From Alphaproteobacteria bacterium (lineage in GTDB: Bacteria; Pseudomonadota; Alphaproteobacteria; Bin95), in the NCBI GenBank assembly GCA_964291285.2, contig OZ219786.1:160001-224000 (forward strand): a stretch of DNA of 64,000 nt. Direction: 5' to 3'. The number at the start of each line of letters is the position of its first letter. Within the stretch, counting starts at the first letter, position 1. The position numbers and the translations under genes were made by a program. Of this stretch, positions 8,505 to 17,970 are shown one piece after another. Under the pieces are notes generated by a model. That model did not search any database. It saw only the letters and a list, made by a program, of their open reading frames with translations, and was not told the origin of the DNA.

Positions 8505-9485
8505 TCATCCTCTCAGGTCGGCGAGGAGCGGCATGACGTCGCCGGCGAAGCGTTCGATCTGCTCCGAACGCCGGTCGTAAGGACCGACAAGATCGACAAC
8601 GATGTGCCTTGCGCCTGCCCGGTGGAAGTCGCGGATTCGCCCGGCAACCTGCTTGCTGGTGCCGAGCGCAGCGTAGCGCGCCGCCGCCTTGCGGAAGTCC
8701 ATCGCATAGCGGAGGGACAGCGACTCGGTAGCGGTGTCGAGGGCGCGCTCATAGTTGTCGTCGATGCGGGTGAACAGCAGGTGACCGGTGCCGAACGGCA
8801 CATCGCCGCGCCCCGCCGCCTCGGCCGCCTGCCCTATCTCGCCCAGGGCCTGCGCGAACATATCCGGCGTCACGACATATGAGACATAGCCATTCGCGAG
8901 CCTGCCCGCGCGCCGCAGTGCCGGCGAACGCCGTCCGCCGCACCAGATCGGCGGGCCGCCCGATTGCCTGGGCGGCGGCAGCATCGGCACATCCTCGAAG
9001 GAGAAATGGCGCCCGCAATAGCTTGCCGGCCTTCCTGACCAAAGCGCGCGGACCGCCTCGATACTCTCGGTCAGCCGGCGGCCCCGTTCCTCCCGGGACA
9101 CGCCGCATACCTCGTATTCCTTCGGGAACTCGCCCCCGACGCCGACGCCGAAGATGAAACGCCCTTCGCTCAGATGGTCGAGCGTGGCCGTCATCTTTGC
9201 CACCGGCCCCGGATGGCGCAGCGGCAGCAGATAGACGCCTGTGCCGAAGACCAGCCGCCGGCTCGCTACCGCCGCCTGCGCGATCATCAGCAGAGGATCG
9301 AGGAACGGAATGGCGAAGGAAACATGGTCGCCCAGCCAGATTTCGTCGAAGCCCTTTCTGTCCACATCCTCGACAAAGGCCACGAGGTCGTCGATGCGCG
9401 GAAGCCAGGGGCCGGTTTCGAAATCCCCCTGGCGATGGATCGTCTGGATACCGAGTTTCAGTCCCTCTTCAAGCCGGAGCGCCAT
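8505..9485 (-). CDS. LLM-class flavin-dependent oxidoreductase
   Basis: GFDEIWLGDH, LPLRHP, ATLDHLSEGRFIFGVGVG, PPIWCGG. Confidence 0.9.
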   Translation of the reverse strand: MALRLEEGLKLGIQTIHRQGDFETGPWLPRIDDLVAFVEDVDRKGFDEIWLGDHVSFAIPFLDPLLMIAQAAVASRRLVFGTGVYLLPLRHPGPVAKMTATLDHLSEGRFIFGVGVGGEFPKEYEVCGVSREERGRRLTESIEAVRALWSGRPASYCGRHFSFEDVPMLPPPRQSGGPPIWCGGRRSPALRRAGRLANGYVSYVVTPDMFAQALGEIGQAAEAAGRGDVPFGTGHLLFTRIDDNYERALDTATESLSLRYAMDFRKAAARYAALGTSKQVAGRIRDFHRAGARHIVVDLVGPYDRRSEQIERFAGDVMPLLADLRG

Positions 9486-9551
9486 GCGCCTCCCTCCCCG
9501 CGGCTGGCGTTTTGCGGTATAGAGCGTCATCCGCAGGGGAGACGCAATGCG

Positions 9552-10874
9552 ATGAGCGCCTTTGCATCGCTCGTGGACGACCGCGCCGGCGACGGCGTCT
9601 TCAGGGTGGACCGGGCCGTCTATACAGACCCGGAGGTTTTTGCCGCCGAGATCGAGACGATCTTCGAGGGCAACTGGATCTATCTGGCGCATGAGAGCCA
9701 GATTGCGGCGCCCGGCGACTACCTCGCCGTGTGGATGGGCCGCCAGCCGGTGATCGTCAACCGGCGAGCCGACGGCTCCGTCGGCGCCATGCTGAACGCC
9801 TGCGCCCATCGCGGCGCGCGCCTGACGCCCACCCGGCAGGGCAAGGCGACGACGTTCGTGTGCCGCTATCACGGCTGGTGCTACGACACGTTCGGCGCCT
9901 GCACGAAGATCAAGGACGAGCGCACCTCCGCACTGCCGCCCGGCTCGTCGCGTGCGGATTTCGGCCTCAAGACGGTGCCTTTGGTCGAGAGCTACAAGGG
10001 CTTCATCTTCGGCTCGCTCAACCCCGACGCGCCGCCGCTCGCCGAGCATCTGGGCGAGGCGCTTCCGGTCATCGACCTGCTCGCGGACCAGTCGCCCGAC
10101 GGCATGGAGGTCGTTCCGGGACAGGCAAGCTACGTCGTGGACGGAAACTGGAAGCTCCAGACCGAAAACGGCGTCGACGGCTACCACGTCTCCACCGTGC
10201 ACCGGAACTTCGTCACCACCATTCAGCGCCGCGACCTGCAATCAGGCGCGACCGGCGCCGGGCGGACGGACAACAGCCGCTTCATGGGCGCGACCCGCAA
10301 CGGCTGCTACGACCTCGGCAATGGCCACAACCTGATCTGGACCGAGCGCGGGATGCCGGAATCGGCGCCGCTCTGGGAAGCGCGCGAGCGCCTGCTGCCG
10401 CTTGTCGGCGAGCGCAGATGGACCTGGATGTGTGCGCGGGGGCGCAACCTGCTGCTCTTCCCGAACGTCTTCCTCATGGACCAGTCGTCAACCCAGATCC
10501 GCGTCATCCGCCCGATTTCGCCGAGCCGCACGGAAGTCACGGTCCATTGTATCGCGCCGAAGGGCGAGAGCCGCGCCGCCCGTGCGGCAAGATTGTCGAA
10601 GTTCCGCGACTTCTTCCTGATGAGCGGGCTCGCGACTCCGGACGATTCGGCGGCTCTGGAGGACACCCAGGCCGGATGCGAGGGCCGGCTCGACCGCTGG
10701 AACGACCTGTCGCGGGGCATTGCCGCCATGCAGCATGGCGGCGACGACGCTGCCTCCGATCTCGGCATACAGCCGGTTTCGACCAGCCCGCGTTGGGACC
10801 ACGAAACGCTTTACCACGGGCAATACCGCCAGTGGCGCCGCCTCATGGCGCGCGCCGACAGGGCTGCCGCGTGA
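9552..10874 (+). CDS. Rieske ring-hydroxylating oxygenase alpha subunit (benzoate/anthranilate-like)
   Basis: NACAHRG...CRYHGW Rieske ligands; NWKLQTENGVDGYHVSTVH iron site. Confidence 0.92.
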   Translation: MSAFASLVDDRAGDGVFRVDRAVYTDPEVFAAEIETIFEGNWIYLAHESQIAAPGDYLAVWMGRQPVIVNRRADGSVGAMLNACAHRGARLTPTRQGKATTFVCRYHGWCYDTFGACTKIKDERTSALPPGSSRADFGLKTVPLVESYKGFIFGSLNPDAPPLAEHLGEALPVIDLLADQSPDGMEVVPGQASYVVDGNWKLQTENGVDGYHVSTVHRNFVTTIQRRDLQSGATGAGRTDNSRFMGATRNGCYDLGNGHNLIWTERGMPESAPLWEARERLLPLVGERRWTWMCARGRNLLLFPNVFLMDQSSTQIRVIRPISPSRTEVTVHCIAPKGESRAARAARLSKFRDFFLMSGLATPDDSAALEDTQAGCEGRLDRWNDLSRGIAAMQHGGDDAASDLGIQPVSTSPRWDHETLYHGQYRQWRRLMARADRAAA

Positions 10875-11371
10875 AGATCGACCCGGACCTGCAGCTTGCC
10901 ATCGAGCGCGTAATCCATCTCGACGCATGGCTCCTGGACGAACGACGCTTCGAGGAATGGCTGGCGCTGTTCACCGAGGATGTGGCCTTCTGGGTGCCCG
11001 CCTGGACCGGCGAGGAAACGCTTGCCCGCGATCCGGAGACCGAACTCGCGCTTATCTACATCCAGGGCAAGGCAGGCCTCGACGACCGGGTGTTCCGCAT
11101 CGGCACGCGCGACAGTTACGCCTCCCTGCCCCTGCCGCGCTCATGCCATGTGGTCGGCAATGTGCTGATCCTTTCCGCCGGCGACAGCGAAGTCGAGGCC
11201 GTCGCGTCCTGGACGGTGCATCAATATGCCTCGCTCAAGGGCGCGCGCGTGCATGGGGGGCGTTACCGCTACCGGCTCCGCCTCGAGGACGGCGAATGGC
11301 GGATCGCCGCCAAGACCGTGATTTTCCTGAACGATGGAGTCGATGTGGCTCTGGATATCTACAATGTCTGA
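10871..11371 (+). CDS. Ring-hydroxylating oxygenase beta subunit
   Basis: LLDERRFEEWLALF, LDDRVFRI, C-terminal LDIYNV; GTGA overlap. Confidence 0.9.
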   Translation: MKIDPDLQLAIERVIHLDAWLLDERRFEEWLALFTEDVAFWVPAWTGEETLARDPETELALIYIQGKAGLDDRVFRIGTRDSYASLPLPRSCHVVGNVLILSAGDSEVEAVASWTVHQYASLKGARVHGGRYRYRLRLEDGEWRIAAKTVIFLNDGVDVALDIYNV

Positions 11372-11936
11372 ACCGAACGCATCGCCGAAGGGCCTTCGCT
11401 TTGCGGTGGACTACGGCCCGCTGCTGGTCTTCTTCGTCACTTACTACGCAGCCGGCATCATGTGGGCTACGGCGGCGATCATGGCGGCGACATCCGTCAT
11501 GCTGGCCGTCTCCTGGTATTTCGAACGGCGCCTGGCGCCCCTGCCGCTGGTGACGGCGGGGCTGGTCGCGGTGTTCGGCGGGCTGACCCTGCTGCTCGCG
11601 GACGAGACCTTCATCAAGATGAAGCCGACCATCGTGAAGGCGTTCATCGCCGCCGTGCTGCTCGGCGGCCTCGCCTTTGGAAAGCCGCTGCTGAAGCCGC
11701 TGTTCGGCGCGGTCTGGAAGATCGATGACGACGGATGGCGCAAGCTGACCTTGCGTTTCGGGCTGTTCTTCATTGCCATGGCGCTGCTGAACGAGATCGT
11801 CTGGCGCACGCAGTCCACGGATTTCTGGGTCAACTACAAGCTGTTCGGCACGATCGGCCTCACATTCGCCTTCTCCCTGACTCAGATACCGGTATTCCGG
11901 CGTCACTGGGTCGAGGAACCCGCGGAGAGCGGCTAG
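11364..11936 (+). CDS. ispZ: Inner membrane protein YciB/IspZ
   Basis: DYGPLLVFF, FGGLTL, TFIKMKPTI, LNEIVWR, WVNYKLFG. Confidence 0.9.
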   Translation: MSEPNASPKGLRFAVDYGPLLVFFVTYYAAGIMWATAAIMAATSVMLAVSWYFERRLAPLPLVTAGLVAVFGGLTLLLADETFIKMKPTIVKAFIAAVLLGGLAFGKPLLKPLFGAVWKIDDDGWRKLTLRFGLFFIAMALLNEIVWRTQSTDFWVNYKLFGTIGLTFAFSLTQIPVFRRHWVEEPAESG

Positions 11937-11947
11937 CCGTCCCGATT

Positions 11948-13279
11948 TCAGGCGGCCCTCTGTGCTGTCTCAAGTAAATCGTTAACAACACGCTCTAAAT
12001 GATTGAATGTGTTGCATTCACGCAGGAGGTCACAATAGGGCCGGTAGCGGCGCATCTCGCTGTCTCCCGTACCCCAGAGCGGCGGCGGCTCCGGGTTGAG
12101 CCAGATGAGCCGCTTGCAGCGTTCGTGCATTTCCTTCAGGTATTCGGCCTTCGGATCGGTGTTGTTCGACCGCGCGTCGCCGAGAATGATGATCGTGGTG
12201 TTCCGGTCCACGTCGGCCAGGAAGCTCTCGCGGAAATTGGTGAGCGATTCGCCGTAGTCCGTCGGCATGTAGCCGACCTTCTGCATCACCTTGTCGGCAG
12301 CCTCGTCCGCCACGTTGTCCTTGAAGTGCTCGGAGACTTCGATGAGGTAGCCGGAAAAGGCGAAGCTGCGAATGTCGTGCAGGAGTTCGTGCAACTCATA
12401 GAGGAATTGCAACAGGAACCGCGCGACGCTCGCCACGGAGCCGCTGACATCGCAGATCGCCATGACGCGCGGGCGGTCGAGCTTGCGCTTCTTCCACTCC
12501 AGCTCGAACAGCACGCCGTCATTGCCGTAATTGCGGCGCATGGTGCGGCGGATGTCCAGCTGGCCCCGGTTCTTCATCTTGCGCCGCCGGGAATGGAGCG
12601 CCACCAGCCGGCGGCAGATCTTCTCCACGATGCGGCGCATCTGCTCGCGGTCGCGGCGGTCCAGATTGCCGAGCCGGGAACGCCGCAGCCGGTCCTCGCG
12701 AAGCTCCTGCGAAGTCGCCGCGCCCTGGAGCGAAAGCTGTTGCTCGACATAGTTGCGCACCTGCTCGAACAGCCAGGCCCGGCTTTCCTGGAGGGCCTGC
12801 CCGGCGCTGCCGCCGCCGCCCTGCCCGCCCATTGCCTGGATCTGCGCATCCACGCCCTCGACGCCCATCTGCTGGAGCACGCGCTGGGTATAGAGGCCGC
12901 GCTGGGTGAAGAAGCGGATGTTCTCGACGCCGACCTCCACTGCCGCCTCCTGCATGGCGAGCGCAAGCGCGGCGCGGTCGCCGGCTTCCAGCATGGCCAG
13001 CAGGTCTCCGCCGTCCGCCTGCCCGTTCTCCTCCGTCTCCTCCCCGTCCCGGCGGTCGTGGAAGCTTTCGAAGGCGAAAAATTCGTCGAAGATACGGGTG
13101 AAGCCGGTCTTTTCCTCGGGCGTCTTGGCCAGCGCCATGGCGAGGGCGTCGTGCAGGCTTTGCCGGTCCGACCAGCCCATCAGCCGCGCCGTTTCCATTG
13201 CATCCAGCGTCTCGGCAACCGAAACGCGGATATCGGCCCCGCGCAGAGCGGACAGGAAATTGGTGAAGGTGCGTTCCAT
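11948..13279 (-). CDS. VWA-domain CoxE-like protein
   Basis: LDIRRTMRRN, MIDAS motif DVSGS, ILGDARSN, WLNPEP. Confidence 0.88.
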   Translation of the reverse strand: MERTFTNFLSALRGADIRVSVAETLDAMETARLMGWSDRQSLHDALAMALAKTPEEKTGFTRIFDEFFAFESFHDRRDGEETEENGQADGGDLLAMLEAGDRAALALAMQEAAVEVGVENIRFFTQRGLYTQRVLQQMGVEGVDAQIQAMGGQGGGGSAGQALQESRAWLFEQVRNYVEQQLSLQGAATSQELREDRLRRSRLGNLDRRDREQMRRIVEKICRRLVALHSRRRKMKNRGQLDIRRTMRRNYGNDGVLFELEWKKRKLDRPRVMAICDVSGSVASVARFLLQFLYELHELLHDIRSFAFSGYLIEVSEHFKDNVADEAADKVMQKVGYMPTDYGESLTNFRESFLADVDRNTTIIILGDARSNNTDPKAEYLKEMHERCKRLIWLNPEPPPLWGTGDSEMRRYRPYCDLLRECNTFNHLERVVNDLLETAQRAA

Positions 13280-14235
13280 CAGGCGCGCGCGCCGTCAGCC
13301 TTCTTCGCCTGGCGGGTGAACCCGTAGAGTTCCGCATCGACCGACTGGATGTCCTCCTCGAATTTGAGGAAGACATTGAGCGTTTCCCGAACCATGTCCG
13401 CTTCGAGTTCGTCGGCATGCAGCAGCAGCAGCACGCGCGCCCAGTCGATGGATTCGCTGACCGAGGGCTGCTTCTTCAGGTCCAGATCGCGTACCTGCTG
13501 CACGAAGGAAACGAGCTGGTACTTCAGGTTGCGGGGAATCTCCGGAATGCGGGCCTGGATGATCTCCCGTTCGAGCGGCGCATCGGGAAACGGCACATAG
13601 AGATGCAGGCAGCGCCGCTTGAGCGCGTCGCTCATCTCGCGGGTGTTGTTGGAGGTCAGGAACACCACCGGACGCCGTCCGGCCTTGATCGTCCCGAGTT
13701 CCGGGATCGAGACCTGGAATTCGGACAGGATTTCCAGAAGGAAAGCCTCGAACTCGTGGTCCGACTTGTCCACCTCGTCGATCAGCAGCACCGCGCCGCC
13801 GGGTTCCCGCAGCGCCTTGAGCAAGGGCCGCGGCGCAAGGAAGCGCTCGGAGAAGAACACATCCGCATGGGCATGCAGCCGGTCCATCGATTCCTTGAGC
13901 CCCTGGGCCTCGCCCAGCACCTCGCCCAGCTTGTCCCGCAGGATTTGCGTGTAGAGGAGCTGCTTGGCGTAGCGCCACTCGTAGAGCGCCTTGGCCTCGT
14001 CCAGGCCTTCGTAGCATTGCAGCCGGATGAGCGGCAGGTCGAGATAGGCGGCCGTCGTGTTCGCAAGCTCTGTCTTGCCGACGCCGGCGGGACCCTCGAC
14101 GAGAACCGGCTTGCCCAGATGCCCGGCCACATAGATCGCCGTTGCAATCTGGCGCGAACAGATATAGCCGAGTTCCGCATAGCCTTCGCGGACGCGCTCG
14201 ATGGACTCCAGCTTTTCCAGTTGTTCAGGGGTCAT
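13279..14235 (-). CDS. MoxR-family AAA+ ATPase (CoxD-like)
   Basis: EGPAGVGKT, RLQCYEGLD, LLIDEVDK, SDALKRRCLH. Confidence 0.92.
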   Translation of the reverse strand: MTPEQLEKLESIERVREGYAELGYICSRQIATAIYVAGHLGKPVLVEGPAGVGKTELANTTAAYLDLPLIRLQCYEGLDEAKALYEWRYAKQLLYTQILRDKLGEVLGEAQGLKESMDRLHAHADVFFSERFLAPRPLLKALREPGGAVLLIDEVDKSDHEFEAFLLEILSEFQVSIPELGTIKAGRRPVVFLTSNNTREMSDALKRRCLHLYVPFPDAPLEREIIQARIPEIPRNLKYQLVSFVQQVRDLDLKKQPSVSESIDWARVLLLLHADELEADMVRETLNVFLKFEEDIQSVDAELYGFTRQAKKADGARA

Positions 14236-14360
14236 ATCTTGTCCGGGGAATAGAGAGCGCCGGATATTGCCCGCTGCTTCCGGGCGACACAACCGAACCG
14301 GGTCGTGCGAAACCGCCGCATGAGCCTCCTCCATCCCCGCTCTGCACAGCGTCGATTTCA

Positions 14361-15233
14361 ATGAGGCCCGACCGGCCGGGGCGCGGCATTGCGTTGATGA
14401 TCGTGGCGATGGCAATGCTGGCGGGCCTCGACGCGGTCGGCAAGCTCGCGACCCAGACCTACCCCGTCTCGCAGGTGCTGTTCCTGCGGTTCGCCATGTT
14501 TCTCGCGTTTGCGCTGGCGCTTGCAGCCCGGCGCGGCGGTGTCGGTGCCATGCTGCGGACGCGGAACTGGCGCCTTCAACTGTTTCGGTCCTTCGTGCTG
14601 GCGTTCGAGATGTGGCTGTTCGTCTATGCGATCTCGAAGCTGCCGCTTGCGGACGTCCATGCGGTGGCAGCAGCCTCGCCGCTCATTGCCACCGCCCTCG
14701 CCGTTCCCCTGCTGGGCGAGCGCGTGGGCCCCTGGAGGTGGGCCGCGGTAATGCTGGGATTTGCCGGCACGCTGGTCGTCATTCGACCGGGCGTCGGCGT
14801 CTTCGACCCCCTGACCCTTCTGCCGCTCGTCGCTGCGTTCGGCTGGGCCTATTACCAGCTTCTGCTGCGCCGCCTGCGCGAAGACCGGCCCGAGACGACC
14901 CTGCTCTACACGGCCGTCATCGGGTTCGCCGTCTGGAGCGCGTCGGTTCCCTTCACCTGGGAGCCTCCCGACGCTTACGGATGGACGCTTCTCGGCGCGG
15001 TCGGGGTGCTCGGAATTGTCACGCACAGCCTGCTGATTCTGGCAGCGAGAGAGGCGCCGGCGGCCGTTTTGCAGCCGTTCAACTACACCCTGCTCGTCTG
15101 GGCGACGCTTTGGGGATGGGTCGGTTTCGGCGCCTTCCCCGATTCCTGGACGATCATCGGCGCCGCGGTGGTGGTCTCGAGCGGGCTCTTCGCCATCTGG
15201 CGCGAACACCGTCAGGTTCTGCACCGTCGGTAG
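14361..15233 (+). CDS. DMT/EamA family transporter
   Basis: About ten hydrophobic segments; LLGERVG..RW, QPFNY. Confidence 0.88.
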   Translation: MRPDRPGRGIALMIVAMAMLAGLDAVGKLATQTYPVSQVLFLRFAMFLAFALALAARRGGVGAMLRTRNWRLQLFRSFVLAFEMWLFVYAISKLPLADVHAVAAASPLIATALAVPLLGERVGPWRWAAVMLGFAGTLVVIRPGVGVFDPLTLLPLVAAFGWAYYQLLLRRLREDRPETTLLYTAVIGFAVWSASVPFTWEPPDAYGWTLLGAVGVLGIVTHSLLILAAREAPAAVLQPFNYTLLVWATLWGWVGFGAFPDSWTIIGAAVVVSSGLFAIWREHRQVLHRR

Positions 15234-15305
15234 CAGGTTGTCACTCCGGCCGCGCCGGGCATTTCGTGCATAATGCCGGCAACGCAAATCGGGGGATTGC
15301 TTTCC

Positions 15306-16316
15306 ATGCAGTTCGTTCTGGCGATCCGGGGCCAGTTTCCGCCCGGGGACGATATGAGTGCGCGCTTCGAAGAGCTGATGGAGCAGGTCCGCCTGGCGAA
15401 ACGGCTGGGCTTCACGGGCATCGCCAAGTCCTGCCACTACAGCTCCTCGCCCTGGCAGGAAATCCAGCAGATTCCCTTCCTCGCCCGCGCGGCGGCGGAA
15501 GCGCCGGGCCTCACCTTCATCACCTCCATCGTGCTGCTGCCCCTGCACAAGCCGCTGGAGATCGCCGAGCAGACGGCGGCGCTCGACCTGTTCACCGGCG
15601 GGCGCTTCATCCTCGGCGTCGGCATCGGCTACCGCGATGTCGAGTTCAAGGCCTTCGGCACCACCCGCCGGGAGCGGGTGCCGCGCATGGTCGAGAATAT
15701 CCAGGCGATCAGGCGCTTGTGGACCGAAGACGAGGTGACGATGAAGGGCTCGCATTTCGAGCTCGACGGCGCGGTCTGCTCGCTCAGGCCGCGGCGTCCG
15801 CCGCCCATCTGGATCGGCGCCAATGCCGACCCGGCAATCCGCCGCGCAGCGCATATCGCCGACAGCTGGATGATCAACCCGCACAACCGCATCGACACGA
15901 TCCTGCGCCAGATCGAGGTTTACAAGCAGGGCCTCGACGAAGCGGGCAAGCCCTGGCCGGAAACCCTGCCGCTGGCGCGGGAGATGTTCGTGGCCCGCAC
16001 CCGCGCCGAGGCGATCCGGCTGGCCCGGCCCTATCTGGAAGCCAAATACAAGGCGTATCACGACTGGGGCCAGGACAAGGCGATGCCCGAGGGCGACAAC
16101 GATCTCGGCCAGGAGTTCGACGAACTCGCCCGCGACCGCTTCCTCTTCGGCTCCGCCGACGAGGTGGCCGAACAGATCGTGGGCATGATGAAGGCGACCG
16201 GCGCCAACCAGCTTTCCCTGCCGATCCAGTGGCCGGGAATGCCCCAGCAACTCGTTCTGGAGCAGATGCATGTGATGGCGGAAGAGGTCGTCCCCCTCGT
16301 GGAGCAGGGACTGTAG
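15306..16316 (+). CDS. LLM-class flavin-dependent oxidoreductase (paralog 1)
   Basis: LLPLHKPLEIAEQ, GGRFILGVGIGYR, PPIWIGAN. Confidence 0.9.
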   Translation: MQFVLAIRGQFPPGDDMSARFEELMEQVRLAKRLGFTGIAKSCHYSSSPWQEIQQIPFLARAAAEAPGLTFITSIVLLPLHKPLEIAEQTAALDLFTGGRFILGVGIGYRDVEFKAFGTTRRERVPRMVENIQAIRRLWTEDEVTMKGSHFELDGAVCSLRPRRPPPIWIGANADPAIRRAAHIADSWMINPHNRIDTILRQIEVYKQGLDEAGKPWPETLPLAREMFVARTRAEAIRLARPYLEAKYKAYHDWGQDKAMPEGDNDLGQEFDELARDRFLFGSADEVAEQIVGMMKATGANQLSLPIQWPGMPQQLVLEQMHVMAEEVVPLVEQGL

Positions 16317-16319
16317 GCC

Positions 16320-17336
16320 ATGCAGTTCGGCTTGATGACGCGCGGCCAGTACGAGCTTGGCGACGACATGCAGCGCCGCTTCGCGGAGCTTGCGGAGCAG
16401 GTGCGGCTGGCGGACCGCCTCGGGTTCGCGTCCCTTACCAAGGGTTCCCACTACAGCGCCTGGCCCTATCAGGACTTCCAGCAACTGCCCTATCTCACCC
16501 GGATGATGGCTGAGGCGCCCAACCTGCGGCTCAATGCCGGCATCATCCTGCTGCCGCTGCACAAGCCGCTCGATCTGGCCGAGCAATTGGCCACCATGGA
16601 CGTGATGTCGAGCGGGCGGGTAATCGCCGGCGTCGGGCTCGGCTACCGCGATGTCGAGCTGGACGGGTTCGGCACCGCCAGGGCGGACCGGATACGCCGG
16701 TTCGAGGAGAATCTCGAAGCCATCAAGCGGCTCTGGACGGAAGACAAAGTCACCATGGAAGGCTCGCACTTCACGTTGCGGGAGGCGTCCTGCCCGACCA
16801 AACCGGTCCAGAAGCCGCATCCGCCGTTCTGGATCGGCGCCAATGCCGACGCTGCCATCCGCCGCGCGGCCCGGCTCGGGACCTGCTGGTACATCAATCC
16901 CCACAACCGGATTTCGACGATCCTGGAGCAACTGGAGGTCTATCGCCGGGCGCTCGATGACCTCGACAGGCCCATGCCCGAAGAACTGCCGATCCGCCGC
17001 GAAGTATTCGTCGCCGACAGCCGCGAGGACGCGATCCGGCTGTGCGGCCCGCATCTCGCGGGCAAATACGCCGTCTATGCTTCCTGGGGGCAGGACAAGG
17101 CGATGCCGGCGGGCGACTCCGACCTGACCGCCGCCTTCGAGGACCTCGCCCGCGACCGCTTCCTCGTCGGCTCGGCGGACGAGGTGGCCGAGCAGATGAT
17201 CGCGCTGGCGCGGGCCACCGGCGTCAACCACATCGTCATGAGCGTCCAGTGGTCGGGCATGCCGCAGAGCCTCGCGCTGGAAACCCTGCAACGCCTTGCC
17301 GAGGACGTGTTCCCCAGGGTGCGCCAGGGACTGTGA
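16320..17336 (+). CDS. LLM-class flavin-dependent oxidoreductase (paralog 2)
   Basis: LLPLHKPLDLAEQ, SGRVIAGVGLGYR; collinear with the upstream paralog. Confidence 0.9.
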   Translation: MQFGLMTRGQYELGDDMQRRFAELAEQVRLADRLGFASLTKGSHYSAWPYQDFQQLPYLTRMMAEAPNLRLNAGIILLPLHKPLDLAEQLATMDVMSSGRVIAGVGLGYRDVELDGFGTARADRIRRFEENLEAIKRLWTEDKVTMEGSHFTLREASCPTKPVQKPHPPFWIGANADAAIRRAARLGTCWYINPHNRISTILEQLEVYRRALDDLDRPMPEELPIRREVFVADSREDAIRLCGPHLAGKYAVYASWGQDKAMPAGDSDLTAAFEDLARDRFLVGSADEVAEQMIALARATGVNHIVMSVQWSGMPQSLALETLQRLAEDVFPRVRQGL

Positions 17337-17339
17337 CGG

Positions 17340-17875
17340 CCGCAGACACCGCCCGGGCTGCGGGCGTGTCATGGGATGTCATGTTTTGTCATGAGGACCG
17401 GCGGGACAGCGTTCGATATGTCATGAGATGTCATGTTCTGCATGCGCACGGCGCATGTCCCGTGGCCGGTTCCGGCATGAGGTAGTCGTTTCGGGCGGGG
17501 TTCCGGGTATTCCATCCCGTTTCCCGGCTTCCGCATCTTCGGCATGCGTTCCTCCTCTCGAACCGTCTTCGTTCCATTCTCTCCGCTGCCCGGTTCCTCC
17601 GTGCGGCGGGACCCTAATTCGCGCGTATCCTGCGCGGGCGCCCGCGCGCGTTTCGCGGCGGCGCGAATCGCGCGCCTGATTGCGCGCACAAGACGCGGGA
17701 CACACTTCTCCTGTCAGCTTCCCGGGTTCTTTTTTTCGCGCCGGCGCGAAACAGGAAAGAGAGCGGCCCCGCGCGGATGCCGCCTCCTTCCTCTGGCCTG
17801 ATCCGGGTATTCTATACTACCTGTCAAGCCCATAGTCAGAATTATTTCAAATCATAAGAACAAGAAATTTGTATC
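17340..17875 (-). repeat. Dispersed ~500-bp non-coding element, copy 2 (inverted)
   Basis: 17668-17687 and 17620-17642 are exact reverse complements of 894-913 and 940-962. TGTCAA at 17822. GTCATG at 17368, 17378, 17388, 17420 and 17430. Confidence 0.8.
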
Positions 17876-17970
17876 AGCCGTGCGCCGACTCATGGCCCGA
17901 GGCTCAAGGCCGGCGCCGCCGTTGCATGACGGGGCCGTCGCAGACCGCTTCAACCCCAACAGGTCATGCT

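Noticed and set aside
14358-17372. Long antisense ORFs (1004 aa here; also 1146-2492 and 39451-41817)
   Set aside because: They lie opposite well-supported genes, as expected from high-GC codon bias.
1135-17445. CATGAC arrays as a CRISPR array
   Set aside because: The period is 10 bp with no unique 25-45 bp spacers, and there are no cas genes.
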